From Octopus vulgaris (taxonomy: Eukaryota): a stretch of 64,000 nucleotides of DNA. The notes under the pieces were generated by a model that searched no databases, had not been told where the DNA came from, and was given only the letters and a program-made list of their open reading frames with translations. Of this stretch, positions 38,548 through 47,440 are shown piece by piece. The DNA is taken from the NCBI GenBank assembly GCA_951406725.2, contig OX597824.1, positions 73,594,001-73,658,000 on the forward strand, in the 5' to 3' direction. The translations under genes were made by a program, and so were the position numbers. The first letter of the stretch is position 1; every line of letters begins with the position of its first letter.

Positions 38548-41500
38548 CCTGTGTGTGTGTATATGTTTGTGTGTCTGTGTTTGTGCCCCCAACATCACTT
38601 GACAATCAATGCTGATGTGTTTACGTCCACGTAACTTAGCAGTTCAGTAAAAGAGACCGACAGAATAAGTACTACGCTTACAAAGAATAAGTCCTGGGGT
38701 CAATTTGCTCGACTAAAAGTGGTGCTCCAGCATGGCCGCAGTCAAATGACTGAAACAAGTAAAAGAGAGAACAGACATGTAAGTCAAGTAAAGAAAGATG
38801 CTAATGAAAGCTAGAGGTACACGCACAATACATGGAATAAAGCACAAAAACAGACAAAAGTGAACATTGATCAAGTCAGAAAGAATAAAAGATGCATAGG
38901 CATGACAAGAATAATGTCTGTGAATTTCAGGAAGCATGGAATTTTTGAAGGGTGCAGCCTCTTGACAGTTAATAATGAATGCAGACCTTCAGTATTAGTG
39001 ATGTTATCTTGATTTTTCTGGATACTTCCTTAAAAGAGGGCAAGTGAAGGTGCATGGCTCAGTGGTTAGAGTGTCGGGGGGGGGTTCATAATCATGAAGT
39101 AGTTTGATTCTCAGACTGGGCTGTATGTTAAGTTCTTGAGCAAGACACTTTATTTTTCATGTTGCTCCAATTCACTCAGCTGTAGAAATGAGTTGCAACG
39201 TCACAGGTGTATTGGCCTTTGTCTTTCTCTTGGATAACAGTGGTGGCTTGGAGAGGGGAGACTGGTATGCATGGGCAACTGCTGGTCTTCTGTAAAAACA
39301 ACTTTGCCCGGACTTGTGCCTTGGAGGAGAACTAGGTGCTCTCTAGGTGCAATCCCATGGTCATTCATGACCAAAGGGGCTAAACATAGAGGGGACAAAG
39401 AAGGACAGACAAAGGGATTAAGTTGATTAGATTGCCCCAAGTGCGTAACTGGTAGTTATATATAAACTCCAAAAGGATGAAAGGCAAAGTCGACCTCGGC
39501 GGAATTTGAACTCAGAACGTAGCGGCAGATGGAATACCGCTAAGCCTTTCGCCCGGTGTGCTAATGATTCTGCCAACTCGCCACCTTATTAAGGTAGCAA
39601 GCTGGCAGAACATTACCATGCTGAGCAAAATGCTTTGTGGCATTCTGAGTTAGAATTCTACTGAGGTTGACTTTACCTTTCATCCTTTCAGGGTTGATAA
39701 AATAAGTTGCAGCCAAGCATTGGGGTTCGATGTAATCGGCTTCCTCCTTCCTCCCAAATTGCTGGCTATTTGCCAATATTTGAAACCAATATTTTGAGAG
39801 AGATTTGTGACAAACTAAAGGATTATCAATCAAGCAGCTAAAATACACACACACACACACACTGTCCTTTAACTGGCCACTTAAGAAGTGTGTGCTTCCT
39901 GTCTTGTGCAGCATTGGGTAGTGGAGATTACCGCTATGCTTCTGAGTTCTTTCCCTTAGATCAGCTGGGTTGCAAGTTTCAGTACTAACCTTATCATCAT
40001 CATCATCATCTTCATTATTTTAATGACCCATTTTTTCCATGCTCACATGGATTGGCAAGAATTTGTTGAGGCAGACTCTCTGTGGCTGGACACCCTTCCT
40101 GATGCTACCCTCATCTGTTTCTAAGTAAAACTTCATTCCAACACCGGTTGTCAAGAAGTGGTGGTGGTGGTGGGGACAAACACAGACTCAAAGACACATA
40201 CACATACATATGTATATGTGTATGTGTGCATATATGTATATGTATGTGTGTGTGTGTGTATAATTAATCCAAAAAAAAATACGAAGAAAAAACACAAGAG
40301 TAAAACAACAATGTGAAGACGTGGTGCATGCAAAGTATTAAAAAATGCTCAAGGAAGGAAAGAGGCTTCTTTCAGTTTCTGACTCCCAAGCCTTTAGTTG
40401 GCCTGATGCTATATAGTAGAAGACACTTGCCAAAGGTCCCACACAGTGGAACTGAACCATGTGGTTGGGAAGTAAGCTTCTTACCACACAACTATGTCTG
40501 CGCCTCTATATCACAATGCTTCAAGCAAACTACCACATTCTTCATAAAATACATTAATCGATTGATACAAAGTTAATATCTGTTACAATTATATTTATCT
40601 TAAACTTCCCATTACTTTTTGTAGCGAAAGCGCCATTACTGGAGACTGGATACGAAGACCATAACTCTTTATCAAAATAAAGAAACAACACGATATTATA
40701 AGGTAACACGTCTTCAGTGTTTTCTGTTCAATTCATTTTTTGAAAATTATTCTTTTCATTTTGTTAGATTTGATTGAAATGTATAAATATTTCTTACTGT
40801 TGGTCTTTTAAAACCATTAAGTTTGAAGAATATTTATAAAATGATTTTCTTGTTTGACTTCGTTTGTTAAATTTAATATTTGTGTGTGTGTATGTGTTTT
40901 TGTGTCTATGTGTGTAAATTTATCTATACATATTTATACATGTATATATTTATATGTTCATATATGTATGCATGTTTATGTATATATGTGTGTTTGTGTG
41001 CTTACTTTTATAAGTGTACATATGTGTGTGTGTGTGTACACTTGCGTCGGAAATTAATTAACACTTCTCAAATTTCTACATTTTCTTACATTTTCTTAAT
41101 TTAATTAACTTATTATCAGAAACGAACTCGTTTATAATCAAAAATTTATTAAAACATATCCCAGCACACCACATAATTGTTATTAATCGTGAAATTTAGT
41201 CAATATCTTGTTGCTCCTCGTTTGGCAGCAATGACAGCTGCTACGCGGGTCGGCATGCTGTCTATGAGTGCGTGCAGGGATGGCCCTCCATGCAGCAAGA
41301 AGTGCCCCAAACAGCTTGTGTCGGTTCCTGTATTGCTGCACATTCAAATCCCTACCCAATCGACTCCAGAGGTTCTCAATAGGGTTCAGGTCAGGTGACT
41401 GGCCAGGCCAGTCCATGACCGTCACCCATGGTCCTTGAAGAAACCGGTTGTGAGCTTGGCTGTGTGGGAAGGCACGTTGTCCTGCTGGAGCACGTACTCC

Positions 41501-44500
41501 TCGCCACCAAAGAGGTATCCCGTACTATCTCAACGTACTTTGCTGCGTTGATGTTGCCTTCGACGACATAGAGCCGCCCAACACCATGCTTCATGGTGAG
41601 AGCAATGCAGTCTTTGTTGAAGCGCTCACCCCTGCGGCGTCGCACATGGACAGGCTTGTCACTGACGAGACTGAATCGCGACTCGTCAGTGAACATCACT
41701 GTCCACCACTGCTGCACGGTCCATGTCTTGTGGGCACGGGCCCAGAGCAGCCGCCTCTTCCAGTTTTGGGCTGTAAGGAGCGGCTTATGGGCGGCCCTAC
41801 AGGATTTTAGACCAGCTTCCAGTAATCTGGTCTTGACGGTGGTTGTAGACAACTGCTTCCCTGTCATCTTTTGCATCTCCTCCGCCAGTTGCTGGCTCGT
41901 TGCCCTTCGGTTGTACAGCGACTTTCGGATCAGCATCCGGTCCTCCCGCTGGGTCGTCAGCCTCTTCCGTCCCCTACCCTTTTTGTCAGCGGCTGATCCG
42001 GTTTCCTCGTATTTCTTAAATAAGCACTGAAGTGTGCGCCTGGCTACACCAAGTTTTCTGGCTATTGCAGCCTCCGACAGCTTCCCACGCCACGAGAGAG
42101 CCTCGTACCGTCTCTCCAAGGTCATGCGAGGTCTTGGGCCCATCTAGGAATGAACGATAAAAACCAGTTATTTTCATTAAAACTATTCATTTGAATAATG
42201 TTATGCTATAACAAAACTGCTATGAGTTATTATTCATTAAACAAAAAAGAAAGAAAGCAGAATTTCTCACCTTATTTGATGTATAACAGAAAGTTTTGTG
42301 AACCAGAAGTGACGTCATCAAGCAGAGTGTAGGAGAATTTGTGAGGAAAAAAAATCTTGCAAATACACAAATCAATTAACCTACGAGCTGTTCAAAACGT
42401 CTTACGCGATGAGAAAATTTAGTACGGTGTGATTTCGGTCCTTGCGAGGCGCTACCTATATCTATTAAACAAAGGAAGATTTGTCTGCATCCGCACTCCA
42501 AGTTGTTGTTGCACTGCTATGTCAACATCATTAGGCTGTAGACTCTCAAACTGCTCTGCAAACAAAGTTACGTCATCGTTCTGCGCAACAGTGAACTCAC
42601 AACAAAGCAATAGTTCGAGATATGGCCACTAGGTGACAGCAAATACCTTCAGTGAAGAGAAAATCAAGGGTGCTAATTAATTTCTGACGGTAGTGTATAT
42701 ATAGTGGTAAGTCAAATGTGTAACAACATATATATATGTCCAGACAATGGTCATGAGTTAAAATGATAAAATAAGAAGAGTAATAAATGAGTGAAAAAAA
42801 TATATATAGTGCATGTGTATATTTGGCAAAAAAAAATGACTTTCCCAAAATACAACAATATCGGTTTCAACACATGAATTCACATCAGGAATCTTGCAAC
42901 ACAGATTGATAACTGTATATATATATATATATATATAAATTAGAGAAAAACCGCTATTATGCAATTCAAATAATGATAGACAAACCAAATCATAAATAAA
43001 AAATAAAATATATTTTAAAACATATAACTAGATCACAAAAAGTACAAAAATGAATACGTATTATATTTTGTTTATTCATTTTTGTACTTTTTGTGATATA
43101 GTTATATGTTTTAAAAAATATGTTTTATTTTTTATTTATGATTTGGTTTCTGTCTATCATTGTTTGAATTACATAATAGTGGGTTTTTTCTAATTTATAT
43201 ATATATTATATTTATATTGTGAAATCTGATTTAATACTAATTTGAATTTTTCCCTGTAAGTTTGGAGTTATACTCCCTAATATATATATGTTTATATTTA
43301 TAAATATATATCTTTATAGGAAATGCCACTGGAAAAGATATCTTCTGTAGAACATGCAAAACCAGAAATCATAGCTGCATTTGGAAAATCTCAGCCACAT
43401 GTGTTTGAGTTTGGGTTCTCTTCAGTTATGTACTACATTGGAGAAGACTGTGGCTATGGAAAGGAAAATGCTGACAGTTTGTTGTCTTCGGCTGAAAGTG
43501 GTGTTGGCTTGGAGCAGGCAAATCACTGGGAAATTGCTATTCGCCAAGCATTAATGCCTGTCACTTCGTCAAATGTCCAAGAAGGTAATGCACCATATTA
43601 AATTTAATGAATTCTCTGTGATATGATGTAATTAGCCATACCCTAAGAAATTATTTTGGAGCTAAACCTTGAAGAAAGTATAGGGGATGGGATTCCAATT
43701 TTAATCAGCTTTGATGCAGTTAGAGATACTCATTCCTTCACATTGCTTGTGTCAAATTGTTTATACATCAAATGCAGACATTAGAGTTTGACTAACATAT
43801 GCAGGAGCCTCTGTGTGGTTGCTATTTCTGCTAGAAATAGCTGCCTAATATGTCTCATTGTACCTAATCATCTTAAGTTAGGAACAATTCATTAGACAGT
43901 TCCTCTCCTTGTAAAATTGCTGGCTTTGTGCCAAAAGTTGAAACCATGCCTGCTTATAGATTTATAATTGTATCAGGTCATCCTATAAGTTCTGTCTGAT
44001 TTTACTTTTTTTTAAATTGAATGAAATTTAATAGTGTTTTAGAATGTCTAATGGAATTTAAAATTATTTTTATGTATTTGTGTACATTTAAACTAATTAA
44101 ATATCATTTTACAGAATAATAGAATTAAAACCCTTTCTAACATGGAAGTTTCTAAAGAGCATTTAAGGCACATAATGCTTTATGAGTACAAAAAAGGAAA
44201 CTCTGCTGCTGAAGCGACTCGAAACATATACTCAGTTTACGGGAAAGAATGCTTGAATGAAAGAACTTGCAGATGGTTTGCAAAATTCAGAAGTGGAGAT
44301 TTCTGCCTTGAAGATGAAGATCGAACAGGACATCCAGTTGAATTTGATGATAAGCTCCTTGAGGCATTACTTGAAGCAAATCCCATAACTGTTCATCATC
44401 ATCTTCAACAACTTGTTAAAGTCCCTAAACTTGGAAAATGGGTGCCTCATGAATTATCCAAAGCAACCCCAAATCCTGAGTTGACATCTGGTCTTATCTC

Positions 44501-47440
44501 CATTCTCATGAACTCATTTTACCCTTTTTGGATAGACTTGTGACTGATGACGGAAAATGGATATTTTATTGAAATGTTAAACATCGTAAATAGTGGCTTG
44601 GTAAAAGGGAAAAATCTCAACCACATCTGAGAAGGGAACTTCATGGAAAAAAGGTTCTTCTCTCTATCTGGTGGGATTTGCAAAGGAGTAATTCACTTTG
44701 AATTGTTACCACCTAATGCAATAATCAATGCTGAAGTCTACTGTCAGCAATTAGAGCGTTAGAACCAAGCTTTCAAGACAAAAAGACCCACTTTAGTGAA
44801 TTGAAAAGGAGTGATGTTTCATCAGGATAGTGCATGACCCCACACTGCAAAATTCACATCACAGAAGATCAAAGAGCATGGCTGGGAAAAAATTCCTCAT
44901 CCACTTATTCTCCTGACCTTGCTCCTTCAGACTACCATTTGTTTCATAGTTTACAGAATCATTTGGGAGACATAACTTTCGCAAGCCAGGAGGAGGTTGA
45001 AACTGACATTTCAGGGTTCTTCGCTTTGAAACCAAATGAGTTTTACATTGATGGGATTAAAAAGCTTCTAAATAGATGGAAGGAAAGTCATAGTAATCAG
45101 GGAAAGTACATTGATGATTAAATTTCAATTAAATATAACATTTGATCACTTGTTTTCTTTATTCAAAATTTGGACAGAACTTGTGAGATGACCTGATAGC
45201 TATATAATTTAAACATTTAAAGCTCCATTTTGTGGAACTGTTCTTGTTAAAGTAAAACAGCTTCTCGTTAATTAAATAACTGTTATTCTTCCATTTGATT
45301 TTGCCATGCTTTTTTTTCCCTTCTTACAGAGAACTATCTTGATTCTATCGATGAAAAGAAGAAAGTAAGTATCGTGATATTCTTTGTTGTGTGTCTTTGA
45401 ATTTCTTAATTTTTATCTCGTTTGGAATCGGGAGAGAGATAGCGAGCGAGTAAGAAAGAGTGTATGTGTGTGTGTGTGTGTGTGTCTGTGCATAAAGTAG
45501 AAATAAAATGGTGTGTTAAAGCATTTGTTGGTATGACATATCTGAGCACTCTTCATGTCTATAGCCTAAACACAACTCTCTCTTTCTTTGTCGCTTATGC
45601 TCTCTCTCTCACTCTCTCTCTCTCTCTCTCTCTCTAACTCATTGACCAGGTGTAGTGCTCAATTCTCATAACAAATTTTCTTTTACCTCTTTTGTCATTT
45701 GAAATCAGCAAACTTTCAGAGTGAGTTTCAATTTTGGCAACATAAAAAAAAAAAGTCTACAGAAGCCAAATCTGAAGAACAGGATGGTTGGGGCTACACA
45801 GGTCATCTTGTGCTTTGCCAAAATGATATGAATAAGCAGTTATGTGTGGCAGGGCTACATTCAAATTTTTGTTTGTTTGGCTTCTTTCTTCACATTTTTA
45901 CCTGTTTCTTTATTGCCCACAGGGGGCTAAACATAGAGGGGACAAACAAGGACAGACAAAGGGATTAAGTCGATTATATCGACCCCAGTGTGTAACTGGT
46001 ACTTATTTAATTGACCCCCGAAAGGATGAAAGGCAAAGTCGACCTCGGTGGAATTTGAACTCAGATCGTAACAGCAGACGAAATACCGCTAAGCATTTCG
46101 CCCACCGTCCTAACGATTCTGCCAGTTCGCACATTGCCTCTCTCAAATGTTTCAAATGAACTTTTTATTGATCATCTAACCACGTGGGACAAAGCTCATG
46201 GTGAATGATACCTTTCCACTCAGAAAAGATGGTCATGGAGATAATAATCTATGTCACTGCATTATAAATATAAACATAACGTACATATGTAAAAAGACCC
46301 CCTTCGGTCATGAATGACCCTGGGATTGCACTTAGAAAGTTCCCGCTTAAGGCAAGGTTGTTTATGGTCTGGACAAGGTTGTTTATGGAAGACCAGCAGT
46401 TGTCCATGCCTACCTTCTCCACACCACTGATGTTATCCAAGGGAATGGCAAATGCCGATACAGCTTGGCACAAATAATGTTGTAACTCATTTCTACAGCT
46501 GAGTGAACTGGAGCAACGTGAAATAAAGTGTCTTTCTCAAGAACACAACACACGACCCAGTCCAGGAATTGAACTCACTACCTCATGATTATGAGCTCAA
46601 CACTCTAACCACTGAACCATACACATACATGAATAGACACATATGCACATGCATATATTACAAACATACATAGAGAATGTCTATGGACCATTAATAAGGA
46701 GGTTGCAAATCCAGTTCCCAAGATATGCTTCCATCTTCATACCTATTATTAGTGGAGCAACAGGAAATATATCAGCCTGACAAGAGCAAAAGTATGGCTA
46801 AACTTGGGATCTTGGAGAGAGAATGCAAATCTTTAATTCCTACCTTACAAATGATCAACATATCAGGGACTATAAAAATTTGCAACACCTTAAGATTTAA
46901 AGGATGATGGTTAACATTACATACGCACATATAATTATATATCATCATCATCATCATCATCATCATCGTTTAACGTCCGCTTTCCATGCTAGAATGGATT
47001 GGACAATTTGACTGAGGGCTGGCGAACCAGATGGCTGCATCAGGCTCCAATCTTGATCTGGCAAAGTTTCTACAGCTGGATGCCCTTCCTAACGCTAACC
47101 ACTTTGAGAGTGTAGTGGGTGCTTTTACGTGCCACCAGCACGGGGGCCAGTCAGGCGGTACTGGCAATATCCTCGCTCAAATGTTTTTACAGGTGCCAGT
47201 AAAGCGACGCTAGTAACGATCACGCTCGAACACACGCACACACACAGATGTGGGCTCATGGTATGTCTAATTAAAAAATAAATTATCTCAGCATAAGTTC
47301 TGTTTAATTTTAGATGATGTTTATAAAGAAAATTTATATTTAATCCAGTTTTCCTCCTCTTTTTCAGGATATAAGTAAAACTTACTCAATATGTGCAGAG
47401 TACGTCCTTGGTTCTGGCCAATTTGGTATTGTTTACGGAG
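8688..47440 (+). CDS. PRKD1: Serine/threonine protein kinase D (PKD), partial multi-exon gene: 10 internal exons, 5' and 3' ends outside the window
   Basis: Exons 8688-8819, 14657-14775, 19243-19468, 23175-23258, 26038-26143, 28515-28638, 40625-40702, 43320-43584, 45330-45364 and 47368-47440 all have AG/GT ends and matching phases. They give one stop-free frame with C1a, C1b, PH and GSGQFG motifs typical of PKD. The symbol denotes the PRKD1/2/3 family. Confidence 0.96.
8826..9150 (+). repeat. Degenerate (CCTA/CTTA)n tetranucleotide array directly after the exon donor
   Basis: Visible tandem repeat. Confidence 0.9.
10125..10500 (+). mobile_element. SINE family A with internal deletion
   Basis: Matches the 11999-12406 copy. 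Confidence 0.82.
10855..11370 (+). repeat. Trinucleotide low-complexity tract (CAC/CTA)n; similar tract at 30185-30760
   Basis: Visible repeats. Confidence 0.85.
11999..12406 (+). mobile_element. SINE family A, young full-length copy inserted in an older family-B copy; others at 27523-27928, 32485-32894, 38310-38767, 62731-63108 (+) and 47863-48196 (-)
   Basis: ggcgcaggagtggctgtgtgg A-box, gggttcagtccc B-box, (gtaaaaga)n tail. Nearly identical to 32485-32894. Confidence 0.9.
13280..13512 (-). mobile_element. SINE family B with 18-bp target-site duplication
   Basis: TSD atttagatcaccttaacc at 13262-13279 and 13513-13530. Confidence 0.92.
13732..13956 (-). mobile_element. 3' fragment of a second RTE-type LINE with no long 3' UTR
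   Basis: Encodes [16 protein letters not shown]...AMMDREVW, then a (GAT)n tail. TSD ctgtag at 13726-13731 and 13957-13962. Confidence 0.8.
14657..14775 (+). CDS. PRKD1: PKD exon: end of C1a and linker
   Basis: tttag acceptor, CAA|gtaagt donor. Encodes (G)[39 protein letters not shown]. Confidence 0.95.
15330..16980 (+). mobile_element. Cluster of tandem SINE family B copies (15330-15962, 16396-16980) around an RTE-tail copy
   Basis: Repeated gagttcaaattc...tttgcctttcatcctttcggggtcgat modules. Confidence 0.85.
17750..17867 (-). rRNA. 5S rRNA-like copy, probably a pseudogene or SINE head
   Basis: Minus strand reads GTTTACGGCCATATCACCCTGAAAGCACCGATTCTCGTCCGATCACCGAAGTTAAGCAACGTCGAGCCTAATCAGTACTTAGATGGGTGACTGCTTGGGAAACCTAGGTGCAGTAAGC. 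This is ~118 nt of metazoan 5S with box A (AGTTAAGC), a mutated box C and a pairable terminal helix. It is solitary, not in an array. Confidence 0.9.
19243..19468 (+). CDS. PRKD1: PKD exon: linker and first part of C1b
   Basis: Polypyrimidine tract plus ccag acceptor, AAG|gtcagt donor. Encodes [75 protein letters not shown](D). Confidence 0.95.
19493..19888 (+). mobile_element. Non-autonomous Helitron
   Basis: A|TC start, subterminal hairpin cccgagcaatgccggg, CTAG|T end, no TSD. Confidence 0.75.
21290..22160 (-). pseudogene. Highly degenerate Penelope-like reverse transcriptase fragment
   Basis: Minus-strand translation across frameshifts gives [35 protein letters not shown], resembling the PLE RT motifs G.amG...anlfm and RYvDD. 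Confidence 0.45.
23175..23258 (+). CDS. PRKD1: PKD exon: end of C1b
   Basis: tttccag acceptor, A|gtaagg donor. Encodes (D)[27 protein letters not shown](S). A same-phase alternative donor exists at 23244. Confidence 0.92.
23296..23980 (+). repeat. Minisatellite of five 115-175 bp units (agcatgtctagatatgtagatatatgcatgaaaaggtgtacataaaac plus variable (CATA)n)
   Basis: Unit starts near 23301, 23439, 23603, 23779 and 23893. Confidence 0.9.
25179..25290 (-). ncRNA. GC-rich structured RNA candidate with hammerhead-like core motifs
   Basis: Nested inverted segments. The minus strand carries gccGTC-gagag, GAAACggc and ctctcCTGATGA, followed by a small hairpin and T6. Confidence 0.4.
25375..25594. 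mobile_element. TTAA-flanked piggyBac-type MITE
   Basis: ttaa|ccctttagca ... tgctaaaggg|ttaa. Confidence 0.8.
26038..26143 (+). CDS. PRKD1: PKD exon: acidic region
   Basis: ttacag acceptor, AG|gtgaga donor, phases 1 and 2 fit both neighbours. Encodes (S)[34 protein letters not shown](S). Confidence 0.85.
26338..26577. mobile_element. Tc1/mariner-type MITE; second partial copy at 28010-28213
   Basis: ~38-bp TIR cagggttggccaaaagtcacctgacagtaaatcaaaa, TA at the right end. Confidence 0.78.
26948..27319. repeat. Long inverted repeat (~130-bp arms, ~110-bp spacer)
   Basis: 26948-27079 is an imperfect reverse complement of 27189-27319. Confidence 0.85.
28515..28638 (+). CDS. PRKD1: PKD exon: pre-PH segment and start of PH domain
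   Basis: cttcag acceptor, GCG|gtaagt donor. Encodes (S)[41 protein letters not shown], with the PKD-typical NIPLMR and KEGWMVH motifs. Confidence 0.95.
28936..29322 (+). mobile_element. tRNA-derived SINE family C, full length with 12-bp TSD
   Basis: A-box tggcccagtgg, B-box ggtttcgattcc. TSD actactcaggat at 28924-28935 and 29323-29334. Confidence 0.9.
32090..33402 (+). mobile_element. Non-autonomous Helitron-like element carrying a SINE A insertion
   Basis: A|TCTAC start followed by a microsatellite. The 3' end cctgagcaacgctgagtatgcctgCTAG|T parallels the 19888 end. Confidence 0.55.
33458..33688. repeat. ~230-bp near-perfect palindrome
   Basis: tagaagaaataaggtactcagaaatctggat ... atccagatttctgagtacctaatttcttcta, loop near 33570. 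Confidence 0.92.
35977..36232. repeat. Diverged 21-bp tandem repeat (gctgtatcacatgggagacca-like), ~12 units
   Basis: Periodic tcacatg core. Confidence 0.85.
40625..40702 (+). CDS. PRKD1: PKD exon: PH domain
   Basis: tttgtag acceptor, AAG|gtaaca donor. Encodes [26 protein letters not shown]. Confidence 0.95.
41039..42695 (-). mobile_element. Tc1-family DD34E DNA transposon, defective
   Basis: TA-flanked imperfect TIRs cacttgcgtcggaaattaattaacac and cactaccgtcagaaattaattagcac. Transposase from ATG 42143 has HTH, GRKR, FTDESRF, then after frameshifts QQDNVPSH...[12 protein letters not shown] with 34 residues between D and E. Confidence 0.93.
41183..42143 (-). pseudogene. Tc1 transposase pseudogene (internal deletion and frameshifts)
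   Basis: ORFs 41391-42143 and 41183-41425. The GGSVMVWG segment is missing after MKHG. Confidence 0.9.
42931..43204. repeat. AT-rich inverted repeat (~125-bp arms, 16-nt loop) just upstream of the PH exon
   Basis: 42931-43056 is the reverse complement of 43073-43204. The same sequence occurs single-armed at 9402-9612. Confidence 0.88.
43320..43584 (+). CDS. PRKD1: PKD exon: C-terminal PH domain
   Basis: tttatag acceptor, G|gtaatg donor. Encodes [11 protein letters not shown]...[18 protein letters not shown]...[29 protein letters not shown]. Confidence 0.95.
43973..45196 (+). mobile_element. mariner (DD34D) transposon, defective
   Basis: TA|tcaggtcatcctataagttctgtc ... gacagaacttgtgagatgacctga|TA TIRs. 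Transposase 44142-45121 has WVPHEL, FHQDSA and [13 protein letters not shown], broken by stops and frameshifts. Confidence 0.94.
45330..45364 (+). CDS. PRKD1: PKD 35-nt micro-exon (PH-kinase linker)
   Basis: Strong polypyrimidine tract plus ttacag acceptor, AAA|gtaagt donor. Encodes (E)[11 protein letters not shown] and bridges phase 1 to phase 0, as the flanking exons require. Confidence 0.82.
47368..47440 (+). CDS. PRKD1: PKD exon: start of kinase domain (Gly-rich loop)
   Basis: ttttcag acceptor, GAG|gtaagt donor. Encodes [24 protein letters not shown](G). Confidence 0.95.
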
